Shown piece by piece: positions 45,803 through 58,714 of a stretch of 64,000 bases of DNA. The notes below the pieces were generated by a model. It ran no database searches, had not been told where the DNA came from, and saw only the letters and a list, made by a program, of their open reading frames with translations. The position numbers and the translations under genes were made by a program. Within the stretch, counting starts at the first letter, position 1; each line of letters starts with the position of its first letter. Source of the stretch: Macrostomum hystrix (Eukaryota > Animalia > Platyhelminthes); contig CATNEN010000034.1 in NCBI GenBank assembly GCA_950097015.1, forward strand, positions 7,502,001-7,566,000, in the 5' to 3' direction.

Positions 45803-48800
45803 TTGATAGCAGAAAGCAACGGCAGATTGTATCGACGTCAAGCAGTCGGCGAGGACCAACTGGTGCTTCCGAGAGCGCTGCGTGCTACGGCGCTGTCCCA
45901 GGCCCATGAAAGTGCGTTCGCTGGGCACCTGGGAAGAAAAAAGACCTATCAACGATTGGAACAGCGATTCTGGTGGCCGACAATGACCAAGGACGTGAAG
46001 GACTTCGTAGCAACGTGCGACAAGTGCCAGAAGACGGCTCGAATCCCGAGCAGCCACCGGGTGAAGCTTGTGCAAGTGCCTGGAGTGGAGGAGGCCTTTA
46101 CTAAAGTTGTCATCGACATCAGCGGGCCGTATCCAAGGACGGCGAACGGTCACCAGTACATCCTGTCGGTTATCGATGCGGCTACTCGGTTTCCAGAAGG
46201 ATTCCCACTGCGCAAGATCGACGCGGAGTCTGTGGCCAAGGCATTGATGGACTGCTTTGAGGTTAACTAATGGTGTTGATTTGAACGGGCTAGAAAAGTG
46301 AACGACCGACAAAGGCCTTGCCCCGGGCCTCTAACTATATTATATTTCGATATGCAAGGAAGGAATTGGGGCCGACAGTGAGGAGAGACAAAAGAGGGTA
46401 CGAAACCCTGGGTGGATGTACATTGGGGTTAACATACAATAACGTGCGTAGAGGGAGAGAAAACAAGGTGGGTGCAGAAGCTAGACTGGAGGGGGGTCAG
46501 TATAGAAAGGGACACGGGGAAAAATCGATAATAGATAGATAACAGTTTAACAATAATGATTTCCGTGGTGAAAAGCGCTCTGAAGAAAAGCGTCGGTCGC
46601 GCACAGCTCGGCTTCGATCAGCTGGCCACAACAACAATAGAAATAGAAGCTGTCGTCAACAGTAGACCGCTGCTTTACGTCTCCGCAGATGACAAGAGCG
46701 AAGTCATTACACCCTCACACTTTCTGAGTGGTGTACGTCTTACTCTTGAGCCTGACAAGTACTCTGAATTTTCGTCCGTTGTGCTGCCACTTTCGAGCCG
46801 TCTTAAAGTGCTTCGAAAGGCGTTGAATTCATTTTGGGACGTCTGGCACACGTCGTATGTCACAGCCCTCCGGGAGAAGTCGTTAAAGGTGCAAGGTGGG
46901 GGCCCGGAGCCAAAACCTGGCGATGTTGTCGTCGTCAGCGGCGAGCCGCGCCAACCTAGGCTGTCGTGGAAGTTGGGTGTGATTGAGTCAGTCTGCAGAG
47001 GTCGGGACGGTTTCTGTCGCTCGGCTCTAGTGCGGGTAGTCAGTGGTGTAGGGGGTCGAAGGTTGGAGCGCATTAGACGACCAGTGCGGGCCTTAGTGCC
47101 ACTTGAAGTCTCTGAATAGCTATTTGTTGTTTCAGTGTATGCCTTGAAGTTTCCATAATCAATGTGAAATAAACTTCAAGCAAATTTTCTTGTGCTTTGT
47201 CCATTTAAGATTGTAATTCATTCGCTTATCCAGTCTCTCATCCGTGCTTATCTCGTATTAGCGTTAAGTAATTTCGCCTTTGGTGTTGGTGTATTTATTA
47301 AAATTTCTTCACCAGTCAGCAATGGCTACTCCCTCTAAACTGTTACGCATGCTTGTTACTTCGCTCGTGTTTCGCCTTGGTGTTGGTGTATTTTTCCCCA
47401 TATTTTCAATCCAAAAAAACCATGCTTATTCCCTTTGAACTGTCACGCCTGCTTTTGAGCAAGGTCTCGTTTTATTAAAATTTTCATGAAAAATGGTTCC
47501 CATTTTGGGGGAGTGTCGCGGAAATCATTATTGTTAAACTGTTATCTATCTATTATCGATTTTTCCCCGTGTCCCTTTCCATACTGACCCCCCTCCAGTC
47601 TAGCTTCTGCACCCACCTTGTTTTCTCTCCCTCTACGCACGTTATTGTATGTTAACCCCAATGTACATCCACCCAGGGTTTCGTACCCTCTTTTGTCTCT
47701 CCTCACTGTCGGCCCCAATTCCTTCCTTGCATATCGAAATATAATATAGTTAGAGGCCCGGGGCAAGGCCTTTGTCGGTCGTTCACTTTTCTAGCCCGTT
47801 CAAATCAACACCATTAGTTAACCTCATTTTCTTAACAGTGAGGACCGGCTTCCCGAAGGAGATCCAGAGCGACAGAGGCACTAACTTCTCCTCGGCACTG
47901 TTGCAAGCCCTGTACCGGTGCACCGGAGTGGAAGGCATCCAGTCGACACCGTACCATCCGCAAAGCCAGGCGCTGGTGGAGAGGTTCCACGGCACGCTCA
48001 AGACTATGTTGAGGCGGCTGCCAGCTCGCGAGAAAAAGAGGTGGGACCAGTACCTGCCTTATTTACTGTTTGCCATCCGAGAGGTGCCTAACGAGACAAC
48101 TGGTTTCTTCCCTTTCGAACTGTTGTATGGACGGACCGTACGAGGACCGCTAGACTTGCTGCGACAGACCTGGGACGAGCAACTCACCGAAGAGAAGAAA
48201 GACATCATCTCCTTCGTGCTGGCCCAGAGAGATCGGCTGCATGCCGGTCAGGAAGCAGCACGAAGCAACGAAGACGTAGCCCGGAAGCGCCAAAAGCTCT
48301 GGTACGACCGGAAGTCGCGGGAACGAGAGCTGAAGCCCGGGGATCAGGTGCTGCTGCTGTTGCCATCGACGGCCAAGAAGCTCCACGCTGAATGGCGCGG
48401 CCCCTATGAAGTACTGGAGAAGTGCGGCGACGTGAACTACCGGATCCGGATTGGCACGGCAACCAACACGTTCCACATCAATCTGCTCAAGAAATACAAC
48501 GAGCGAGAGTCGATTCTGATGCAGCTGTCAGCAGCAACGCCGGTTGCTCCTGCGCTCTCCGACCGTCTGAGCCCGGACGAGAGGGACCGTCTCCAGCAAC
48601 TGGTGCAGGGCTTCGCGAACGTCTTCAGTGAGATGCCGGGTAGGACCGACTTGGTGGAGCACCGAATCCGGACGACATCTGACCGTGTTGTGCGCATCCG
48701 GCCGCGACGGGAGCCGCAGGCGCATCGACAGGTGCTCCAAGAGGAGATCCAACGCATGCTGGATCTCGGAGTGATCGAACCGTCGGACAGTGACTACTGC

Positions 48801-49949
48801 TCCCCGGTCTGTCTAGTGGCCAAGAAGGACGGCTCGGTCCGATTCACGGTCAACTTCAAGGCGTTGAATGAGCTGGTGGCTTTCGATTCCTACCCAATGA
48901 AGAACATCGAGGATCTGCTGGAGCGAGTCGCCAAGGCCAAGTTCATATCCAAGCTAGATTGCTGCAAGGGCTACTGGCAGATTCCTCTGTCCGAGAACTC
49001 AAAGCGGCTGACGGCATTCGCGGCCGGTGGCAAGCTCTACCAATTCACCGTAATGCCCATGGGCTTAAACTGCAGCAGCGCAACGTACCAGAGGCTCATG
49101 GACAAGATGTTCCAAGGGCTGGGCAACGCAGACTCATACGTTGACGACATCGCCGTGTTCAGCGAGACCTTCGAGCAGCACGTCCACGACCTGAGGGAGG
49201 TGTTAGGACGCCTCCAGGCTGCCGGTCTGACGGTGCAGCCACGCAAATGCTACCTGGGCGGCAACTCGGCGGACTACCTCGGCTTCAAGCTCGGCGGAGG
49301 CCAGATCGGCACGAGCGAGGATCGAGTGCGGACTATCACGGCACTGGCTCGACCCCAGACCAAGGCCCAGCTGCGATCAGTGCTCGGAGTGCTCAATCAC
49401 TACCGTCGGTTCGTGCCCGGCTACTCTGACAAGGTGGCAGCCCTGACTGACCTCACGAAGAAGTCGGCGCCCGAGGACCTAAGAGCGGCCTGGGGAGAAC
49501 AACAGACTCGAGCCTTCGAGACAGTAAAGTCTCTGCTGGCGAGCGAGCCGGTACTACGCGCGCCGGATTACAGTCGGCCATTCATTCTGGAGACGGACAG
49601 CTCGGAGACCGGTATCGGTGCGGTGTTAACGCAAGAGTTCGAGGACGGCCACCATCCGGTGCTATTCGTATCGCGGCGTCTGACTTCGGCGGAGCGGAGC
49701 TATGCGACGATCGAGAAGGAGTGCCTCGCGGTGCGCTGGGCGGTCGAGAAACTGCGCCACTACCTGCTCGGCCGCCGGTTCGTTATCAAGTCGGACCACA
49801 AGCCACTGCAGTGCCTGCAGATGGGCCACACCAACCCGCGGCTCCATCGGTGGGCCTTCTATCTGTCTGGCTACGACTACGAGATCCGGTACCAGCCAGG
49901 CAGAAGCAATGCGGTGGCCGACGGTCTCAGCCGCATCTGGACTGATTGA
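45803..49949 (+). pseudogene. pol: Integrase-RT-RNase H of the Gmr1-like element, interrupted at 46258-47826
   Basis: HESAFAGHLG...CDKC, VIDISGP, IQSDRGTNF, LVERFHGTLK, WRGPY (INT); then PMGL, YVDD (RT); ETDSS, SDHKPL (RNase H). Confidence 0.92.
46258..47826 (+). mobile_element. BEL/Pao 3' fragment (integrase C-terminus/DUF5641-like, PPT, LTR) with a second, inverted LTR copy at its left end
   Basis: ORF 46556-47119: EIEAVVNSRPL...ITPSHFL...FWDVWHTSYVTALR...PGDVVVV...SWKLGVI...GRDG...RRPVRALVPLE. PPT GGGGGAG at 47507-47513 is followed by TGTCGCGGAA...CCTCA (47514-47826). 46258-46565 is the reverse complement of 47519-47826. Confidence 0.85.
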
Positions 49950-50675
49950 TTGACCAAATGATTTACTGACTGACTCAGGATTGAGTGACTGTCCACGTGA
50001 TTTTTTGTACCAGACGGCTCAGTAACTGATTTTGCATTGCTGCTTGTTTAATCGATTTTGCAGTGCCGTAGGATCGATGGATTTGTAGTGTCGTAGTTTA
50101 CGCGATTTTGCGTTGCCGATTTAAATTTAAGTTTTGCTGTTTCCTGCGATTCAATTCTGACCTGAAATTTGATCCGGCTTCGTTCTTGTGGTGGAGGATG
50201 TGACGTTAACTTTTCTTTGTACCACCCCATGGGGTCGGTGCTATAAATAGATGTGCGTAGTGCTGAGAGGCCGTGCGTTTTTTGGACCTCCGTGGCTCAA
50301 CCTGGAGCTTGTGAATCGTGTCCCTCATTCTTACTTGATTAAAAGAATGCTACAAAATATTTTTGTATCTGATAGCGGTTTCAAATTTTAGTTGAAAATA
50401 TGTATCCAACTTGAAGCAAAGGCATATGCACAGAGATACTCCTGAGGAGTGAACCAGATTAAAATTTTCCTTATTGATTGCAACGCAACCACAACGTCAT
50501 CTGCATTCCTGAAGTTAAAAATGAAGTTCCTAGGAAAGAAACAGTTTTCTCTGCTCGTCTGCGCTTAACGTTAAAAATTCCAATCAAACAAAAGCTCTAT
50601 ATAAGCTTCTGAGAAATTCGAATCAAACTCCAATTTCTCGGTTCGTTTATTGAAACTGCCAGAAATTGAATTGGA

Positions 50676-51242
50676 ATGCCCAATCAAAGCAGTTCTGTCA
50701 TCCTACTGACGCTGGTCCTGCTGGCACTCTGCCTAGCACTGCCTCTTGCAGCTTCGAAACGCGCAGCCATCAGCCAAAGCTCGCTGGTTACGCTGATCAA
50801 TGTGCGAACAGGGAACCGCATGGAAGTTCGTCAAGACAATGGTTGGTTATTTTTGGTCGCAACCGGTAATGTCGCAACCGGTAAGCCAACCTCATTCCGA
50901 TTCGAAGACGCCTGGCATGGCTCTAAGAAGATCCTCCTCGACAATCCTGGTTATATTAAAGATACGAGATACGAGCTAAAGAAACGAGCTCGTATCTATG
51001 CACAATGCGGCAACGGCTATGCAATCTACCTTCAAAAAGGAACCGCTGATATTGGTCAGATGTGGTTCATTGTGAATCAGAACAACTCTATGAACATCAA
51101 AGATGGCGACATTGTGACCATCAGGAATATGTACTGGAGTCACGCCTACCTTGTTGACACATCAACGAAACGATCATCTCTTGGCAGTATTGCCTGCCAG
51201 AATTATATTAAAGATAAGTGGAAGGTCACTGTGATCAATTAG
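50676..51242 (+). CDS. Secreted beta-trefoil-like protein, copy with a 10-aa insertion (188 aa)
   Basis: Same framework; TRYELKKRAR inserted; TATA at 50598. Confidence 0.85.
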   Translation: MPNQSSSVILLTLVLLALCLALPLAASKRAAISQSSLVTLINVRTGNRMEVRQDNGWLFLVATGNVATGKPTSFRFEDAWHGSKKILLDNPGYIKDTRYELKKRARIYAQCGNGYAIYLQKGTADIGQMWFIVNQNNSMNIKDGDIVTIRNMYWSHAYLVDTSTKRSSLGSIACQNYIKDKWKVTVIN

Positions 51243-51861
51243 TGACACCCAGAACTCTTACAAATATACTGCTCTCGTCAGTTGTTCGAATCGTGGTACA
51301 AAATATTTTTCTTTTAGCTTTTTATTCTATTTTCTTCGCACGACTAAAATTTATAAAAGGCAAGAATCAATTATTAACTGCGAAAAACGAAGTAAAATTG
51401 CAACAATGATATCGGAATCAAAATCAGATTCGAAAATGAAGTGCGCACAATCGATACTACTACTCAATGTGAGTTGTTGGTGGTGTAGAAATTATGCGAT
51501 GGGAAGTTCACGATTACAATCTTATTGAAATTGCAAAAATCAATTTTAAACACACATTGACATTTTTTACATGTGTCCTTGGAATTTCTTCCGTCTCTCT
51601 TTGTACATTCACTGAATGTGTCCTTGGACATCCCCTCAGTGTGCTTTTGGATGTTTCCCCAGTGTCATACCACATGGACTTAGCATAGGACGAGATCCAT
51701 TTCGATTTCAATACAAATCTGTTCGAACTACTCGTGAGTTTAACATTTGTGCAAAGTTGAGCCAATAAACAAATGAATTCTAACTTTCAGTCAACCAAGG
51801 ACTGTAGTTATGAAAGTTCATTGTGAAGGCATGCCGTTTTTTAAGCCAGGAAAGTTACAAA

Positions 51862-52375
51862 GCTGAGAGGATTGAATCCCAAACTGGGAGGTTGAATCCC
51901 AAACTGGGAGGATTGAATCCCAAACTGGGAGGATTGAATCCCAAACTGGGAGGATTGGATTCCAAGCTGAGAGAAATAAATCCCAAACTGGGATTGGATT
52001 CCAAGCAGGGAGGATCGGATTCGAAACTGGGAGGGTTGAATTCCAAACTAGGAGGATTGGATTCCAAGCTGGGAGGATTGGATTCCAAGCTGGGAGGATT
52101 GGATTCCAAGCTAGGAGGATTGAATCCCAAACTGGGAGGATTGAATCCCAAACTGGGAGGATTGAATCCCAAACTGGGAGGATTGAATTCCAAACTGGAA
52201 GGATTAAATCCCAAACTGGGAGGATTGAATTCCAAACTGGAAGGATTAAATCCCAAACTGGGAGGATTGAATTCCAAACCGTGAGGTTGAACCCCAAAAT
52301 TGGAGGATTGAATCCCAAACTAGAAGGATTTGAATTTCAGACAAGGAGGATTGGATTCCAAGCTGGGAGGATTGA
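51862..52375 (+). repeat. 21-bp minisatellite array S8
   Basis: Paralogue of S5. Confidence 0.95.
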
Positions 52376-52387
52376 AATATTTGAAGT

Positions 52388-55300
52388 TGTGGCGGCCGCT
52401 CTCTCCAGCGCCCTGCGTGGTGCTAGGGCGGCCACCCCAACTTTGACTAGCACTTGCGCTGAGCCGGGCCAGTGTGCATAGGGCTTAAGCTCATGTACGC
52501 GCGGGCCTATAAATCACTAACTTTTGGAGCGCGCTGCGCTTAACCTGTTTCTCCGCCAAAAAAATAAACATTACGTGGCTGCAATCGCCACATTGGTGAG
52601 CCCGACTCTCAAACCGATAGTTTGAGATGACTGAGTCTGCAGTAGCACTCAAGCTGCCCACGTTTTGGGTCAGCCAGCCCCGCACCTGGTTTATCCAGGC
52701 GGAGGCACAATTCACTCTCCGAGGCATTTCGCAGGACGACACCAAGTACTGTCACCTCGTAGCAGCGCTCGACCAGCAGTCGGCCGAGCGTCTGCTGGAT
52801 GTGCTGGAGAATCCGCCAACGGAAAACAAGTACGGCGTGCTCAAGGACCGGCTTCTTGGCACTTTCGGCCTGACACAGCAGCAGCGGGCCAGCCGGCTGC
52901 TCAACCTGGCCGGCCTGGGTGACCGCCGCCCGTCCGAACTCATGGACGAGATGCTGGCACTGCTAGGCGACCATCGGCCATGCATGCTCTTCGAGGAGCT
53001 GTTCCGCCAGCAACTGCCAGCCGACATCCGTATGGCGCTGGTCTCCGCCGATTTTAGAGACCCGCGGGTGGTCGCGCAGCTCGCGGACCGGCTCTGGGCA
53101 AGCCGCGCCCAGCCCTTGGCAGCCGCCTCGCTGGCGCACGACCAGCCAGTAGTTGCCGCCGCAGCTCGGCAGGCCACGGACGCCGGTCCAGTCCGGGCCC
53201 AGCCACAGCAGCACCAGCCCAGAGAGGTAGGCGGTCCGGTCTCTTTTTTCCACCGGAAGTTCGGCTCCAAGTCCCGGCGTTGTGAACAGCCCTGCCGGTA
53301 CTCGGGAAATGGACCGGCCGGCCGTCAGTGAATGCCTCGACGGCCGGCAGCAACAGTCTCCTGCTCATCCCCGACGTGGCCACCGGTCAGCATTTTTCCG
53401 GTCTCAGGGGCCGACGCCCGCACGCACCCACCCAGCCCGCCACTTTTCGCGGCCAACGGCAGCCTGATACGTACCTTCGGTAGCCAGACGCTCACAATTG
53501 ACCTCGGCGTCAAGACCTGCACCTGGCCGTTCATCCTTGCCGAAGTGTCCCGACCGTTGATCGGCGCCGATTTTCTGCGGCATCATGGCCTCTTGGTGGA
53601 CCTGCCGAACCGTCGCTTGCTGGACGCTAGCTCGTTGTCCAGTGTTCACCTGGTGCTCGGCTCTGGCACGGCCCCGCAGTTGGCCGCCGCGGTTGCCGGA
53701 GACCCGTATATATTGTGCCCAAATCCTCAGGCGGTTGGCGGCCCTGTGGGGATTTTCGGCGGCTCAATGATGCCACGGTACCTGACCGTTACCCGGTGCC
53801 ACACATCCAGGAATTCTCAGCGCGGCTGTCCGGATGCAAAATATTTTCAAAAATCGACCTAGTTCGCGGCTATCATCAAATCCCGGTCGCGGAGGCCGAC
53901 ATCGCTAAGACGCCTGTCATCACCCCTTTTGGCCTGTTTGAGTTTCTTCGCATGCCTTTCGGTCTTAAAAATGCCGCCCAGGCCTTCCAGAGGTTGATCG
54001 ACACAGTCTGCCAGGACCTGGACTTCGTGTTCGCCTACATTGACGACTTCCTGGTGGCGAGCAGCGATCCTCAACAGCACCTGAAGCACCTGCGTGTGCT
54101 GTTCCAGCGCCTGGCCGACAACGGCCTCCTAACCAACCCGGCTAAATGCCAGTTTGGCCGCAGTGAAATTGACTTCCTGTGTCACCGCATTGACAGCCGT
54201 GGGGCCGTGCCGCTGCCCGACAAGGTCGACGCCATCACTCGGTTCGCGCCGCCTGCGACCGTCAAGGGCCTACAGGAGTTTGCCGGTATGGTGAACTTCT
54301 ATCACCGGTTCGTGCCGCGTGCCGCTCAACTGCTGCGCCCTATCTACGGTGCCCTGGCCAGCAAGGAAAAGTTTGTTCAGTGGACGCCGGAGCTGACGGA
54401 TGCTTTCAACAGTACGAAGCGCGCTCTGGCAGAAGCCGCCATTCTCGCCCATCCACAGCTCGGCGCTCCAACGGCGCTGACGGTCGACGCCTCGGACACC
54501 GCCATAGGGGCGGTCCTATGTAACAGTGTAACAATGGACTGCCGGGTCATCCCAGCAGTCCTTTACCTCATTACGAGGGGAGATGCTGACTTTGTACCTG
54601 TGGCTCCGGAGTAAAGTGGCCGGGGCCCCGTCCGAAAGGATGGTGAGCCCTCCGCACTCGCCCAGAGTTTTCAGGTAGAGGTCAGAGTGAGGCAGAAGGG
54701 AGCGCTTCGAGAAGGCTCGCGAATTCTGGAAGGAGACACCCGCATCAAGAAGACGACGGGTGGACTTTGCTGCTTCCCCCTTGACGAAAATGTCAATGGG
54801 TGTAGCGTTGAGGAAAGCATTCATGCCTTCGAAGGGAGTGGAGGGTGGGGCGCCCAGCGTCATACGACAGGCTCTGCCCTGCACCCTATAGAGGTGGACA
54901 GTCTTGGACTCAGAGAGTCGGAGCCCGCATTGGTCCGCCCAGCGCACCGCCCTGTTGATAAAGCCCTGGATGAGGTCCCTGGTGGTTTCCGCCGAGGGGC
55001 CCCGCAGATGGCGGTCACATCGTCGGCTTATCCCACCTTCAGGACTGGGTCAGGACGAGTGCTTTTCAGCAGCTCATCCATGACGAGATTCCACAGCAGT
55101 GGGGTGAGGACGCCGCCTTGGGGCCCTCCTTTTAGGACCGGTGCCGAGAGCAGCCTTCCTTCGAGGTGGGCCACCACGTGGCGATGCCGGATCATGTACA
55201 TGACCCAGCGAACGAGGTGGGGGTGAGTGGCCCTGGAAACCAGGGCCTCCTCAAAAGCTTCGAAAACAACGTTATCGAAGGCCCCCTCAATGTCTAGGAA

Positions 55301-57058
55301 GACAGCCAGGGCAAAACCGCTGCCCAGCACTGCCTTCTCGAGAGTCTCCACGATGCAGTGGAGGGCGCTTTCCGTGGACCGGCCCGCCCGAAAGGCGTGC
55401 TGGTTTGGGGAGAGCGGGGCCCGCCCTAGCTCTACAGTAAGAAGGCGCCAGAGCACCAGTCTTTCCATGAGCTTGAGGCAGGTGGAAGTCAAGCTTATCG
55501 GGCGATAGGACTTGACCGAGCGATAGTCGCCTTTGGCGGGCTTCGGGATGAAGACGACCCGGGCTTCGTGCCACAGCGCTGGTACATAGTCCAGCACGAT
55601 GCAGGCCCGTAGAAGTCTGCAGAGGAGATGGAGAAAGCGGCCATTTTTGACCGCTTCATGCAAAAAGGCCGGATAAATACCATCTGGCCCAGGTGCTTTG
55701 AAAGGGTTGAATGACTTTGCCGCGCGAACGATGCGGTCATTCGTGACGAGTGACTGAGCCAGGCCTCCTCCACGTGAGTGGTCGTCTGGGCCAAAGTGCG
55801 CCGGTACACTCGGGAAGAAATGCCCTAGCATAAGCTCGAGCGTTTCCTCCGGGCGCTCCGTGATCGAGCCGTCTGGCTTTTTGATCGATGAGAGCTTGGA
55901 GAAGCGGTCGTTGGTGAGCGCCTTTACCACGCGGGCCGTGGGCCGCGAGCCCTCAAGCCCTTCGCAGTATTGTCGCCACTTGTCCGCTTTTGCCCTTCTG
56001 ACCCGGCCCTTAAACTCATGGATGGCGCGAGTATAGGCCTCTTTGTCATCAGGGTCGTGCGAGATTTTCAGCCTCCTCTGGAGAGCCTTTGCTCGGCGTC
56101 TCAGGACTCCGAGCTCGGGGTTCCACCAGGGGGCCGATTTTTTGCCTTTGTAGGCTTTGAGCGGGCAAGCCATTTCGTAGGCCCCTGTGATGGCGCCGCC
56201 CAGCAGGGCAGCCACTCCATCTAGGTCCTGCGTGGTTGCCATGGCCATGGAGGGGTCGGAATCCCGAAGGCCCTCATGCAGCTTTTGGCTGAACACGGGC
56301 CAGTCGGTATTTCTGACATTACGCCTCCAAATAGGCTTTTGCTTCTTATCGGGGGTACCGATGTTGAAGCGAATGAAGCGGTGGTCCGAGAGCGAGCTTT
56401 CGGTCTCCCACACCTCCCACCCCAGCACCCTTGGGAGGATGCCGGGTGAGGCCAGAGTGACGTCAAGCACCTCAGCCCACCGCCCATTGTCGAACGTGGG
56501 CGTGTTGCCCACATTGCAGAAGTTAAGAGGCATGCCGCTAACGAAGGCCAGGAGCTCTTCGCCGCGGTCATTGATTTTTGAGCTACCCCAGATGGGTCAT
56601 CCAGCGCTGTTGCCCATTCTGTCCGGCTGCCCTAGGGTCAGCCTTGAACACTCGCGGGACGTGTACCCATGGGTCAGCTGACGGGACAGCGCGGAGGGAT
56701 TCCTGTACCCGAAGGCACAGGTCTCCTTCCTGCCCGGCCTGCTCAAGAAACGACTGCAGGTGTGAGGCATCGCAGGCCATAGCCCGTGGGCCTGGACTGA
56801 CTCATACCTCACAGGCACTGTGTCCCGCCGGTGCGAGCAGGGGGGAGCCATTTGGCGGCCGCTCTCTCCAGCGCCCTGCGTGGTGCTAGGGCGGCCACCT
56901 CAACTTTGACTAGCACTTGCGCTGAGCCGGGCCAGTGTGCATAGGGCTTAAGCTCATGTACACGCGCCGGCCTATAAATCACTAACTTTTGGAGCGCGCT
57001 GCGCTTAACCTGTTTCTCCGCCAAATAAAATAAACATTACGTGGCTGCAATCGCCACA
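52388..57058 (+). mobile_element. CsRn1-like LTR retrotransposon copy 2 with both LTRs (52388-52592, 56851-57058); RNase H and integrase deleted
   Basis: 4-bp target duplication AAGT (52384-52387 / 57059-57062). gag 52627-53331 is nearly identical to copy 1. pol breaks at 54517. Confidence 0.92.
54524..56838 (-). mobile_element. Non-LTR retrotransposon copy 2 (APE C-terminus plus RT; 5'-truncated, 3' part deleted)
   Basis: NVGNTPTF...VLDVTL...LSDHRFI (APE end), then the same RT as copy 1. Confidence 0.9.
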
Positions 57059-57064
57059 AAGTAC

Positions 57065-58535
57065 TATTTGGGAGTATTTGAATTCGAAACTGGGAGTATT
57101 TGAATCCCAATCTGGTAGAATGGAATCCCAAACTGCAAGTATTTTAATCCCAAAATGGGAGAATTTGAGTCCCGAACTGGGAGTATTCAAATATCCAAAC
57201 TGGGAGAATTCAAATCCCGAACTGGGAGTATTCAAATCCCAAACTGGTAGGTTTGAATCCCTAACTAGGAGTATTTGAATCCCAAACTGGGAGTATTTGA
57301 ATACCAAACTGGGAGGATTGAATCCGAAACTGGAGTATTTGAATCAGAAACTGGGAGGATTTAATCCCAAACTGGGAGTATTTGAATCCCAACTTGGAAG
57401 GATCAAATCCCAAATTGGGAGGATTGAATCCCAAATTGGTAGGATTGAATCACGAATTATAGAGAAATAAATTCCAAACTGGGAGGATTGAATTCCAAAC
57501 TGGGAGGATTGAATCACGAATTATAGAGAAATAAATTCCAAACTGGGAGGATTGAATTCCAAACTGGGAGGATTGAATTCCAAACTGGGAGGATTGAATT
57601 CCAAACTGGGAGGATTGAATTCCAAACTGGGAGGATTGAATTCCAAACTGGGAGGATTGAATTCCAAACTGGGAGGATTGAATCCCAAACTGGTAGGTTT
57701 GAATCCCTAACTAGGAGTATTTGAATCCCAAACTGGGAGTATTTGAATACCAAACTGGGAGGATTGAATCCGAAACTGGAGTATTTGAATCAGAAACTGG
57801 GAGGATTTAATCCCAAACTGGGAGTATTTGAATCCCAAATTGGAAGGATCAAATCCCAAATTGGGAGGATTGAATCCCAAATTGGTAGGATTGAATCACG
57901 AATTATAGAGAAATAAATTCCAAACTGGGAGGATTGAATTCCAAACTGGGAGGATTGAATCACGAATTATAGAGAAATAAATTCCAAACTGGGAGGATTG
58001 AATTCCAAACTGGGAGGATTGAATTCCAAACTGGGAGGATTGAATTCCAAACTGGGAGGATTGAATTCCAAACTGGGAGGATTGAATTCCAAACTGGGAG
58101 GATTGAATTCCAAACTGGGAGGATTGAATTCCAAACTGGGAGGATTGAATCACGAATTATAGAGAAATAAATTCCAAACTGGGAGGATTGAATTCCAAAC
58201 TGGGAGGATTGAATTCCAAACTGGGAGGATTGAATTCCAAACTGGGAGGATTGAATTCCAAACTGGGAGGATTGGATTCCAAACTGGAAGGATCGAATCC
58301 CAAATTGGGAGGATTCAATCCCAAATCGTGAGGATTGAATCCCAAACTGGGAGTATTCAAATCCCAAACTGGGAGTATTCAAATCCCAAACTGGGAGTAT
58401 TCAAATCCCAAACTGGGAGTATTCAAATCCCAAACTGGGAGTATTCAAATCCCAAACTGGGAGTATTCAAATCCCAAACTGGGAGTATTCAAATCCCAAA
58501 CTGGGAGTATTCAATTCCTAAACTGGTAGTATTGA
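57065..58535 (+). repeat. 21-bp minisatellite array S9 (continuation of S8 after the LTR insertion)
   Basis: Contains a ~446-bp internal duplication (57245 vs 57691) and recurrent AATCACGAATTATAGAGAAATAA variant units. Confidence 0.95.
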
Positions 58536-58604
58536 ATCTGATGTTTGAAGCTGATTAATAATATCTTGCTATATTAATAATATAATAGCCCCCGAGGTAG
58601 CCTG

Positions 58605-58705
58605 TGTGGGACGTGACTCTGCTTGCGACTGGCTAAGGCAGGTGTGTAGTGCACCTGCGCGGAACGTTGTTTAATTATTTTGAATGTACTGTGTATGTAC
58701 GTGCT
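58605..58705 (+). mobile_element. Truncated copy of the 245-bp solo LTR
   Basis: GCCTG followed by TGTGGGACGTGACTCTGCTTGCGACTGG..., matching 18657 onward. Confidence 0.75.
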
Positions 58706-58714
58706 TTAAGTACG

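Larger units (their letters stand above)
43971..50354 (+). mobile_element. Gmr1-like Ty3/gypsy LTR retrotransposon (PR-INT-RT-RH order)
   Basis: 156-bp LTRs at 43971-44126 and 50199-50354 (TG...CA, 3 differences seen), tRNA-Leu-like PBS TGGTGGCAGTGGTG, PPT GTGGTGGAGGA. Flanks are AAATT / AAATA. The integrase lies upstream of RT. Confidence 0.92.
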
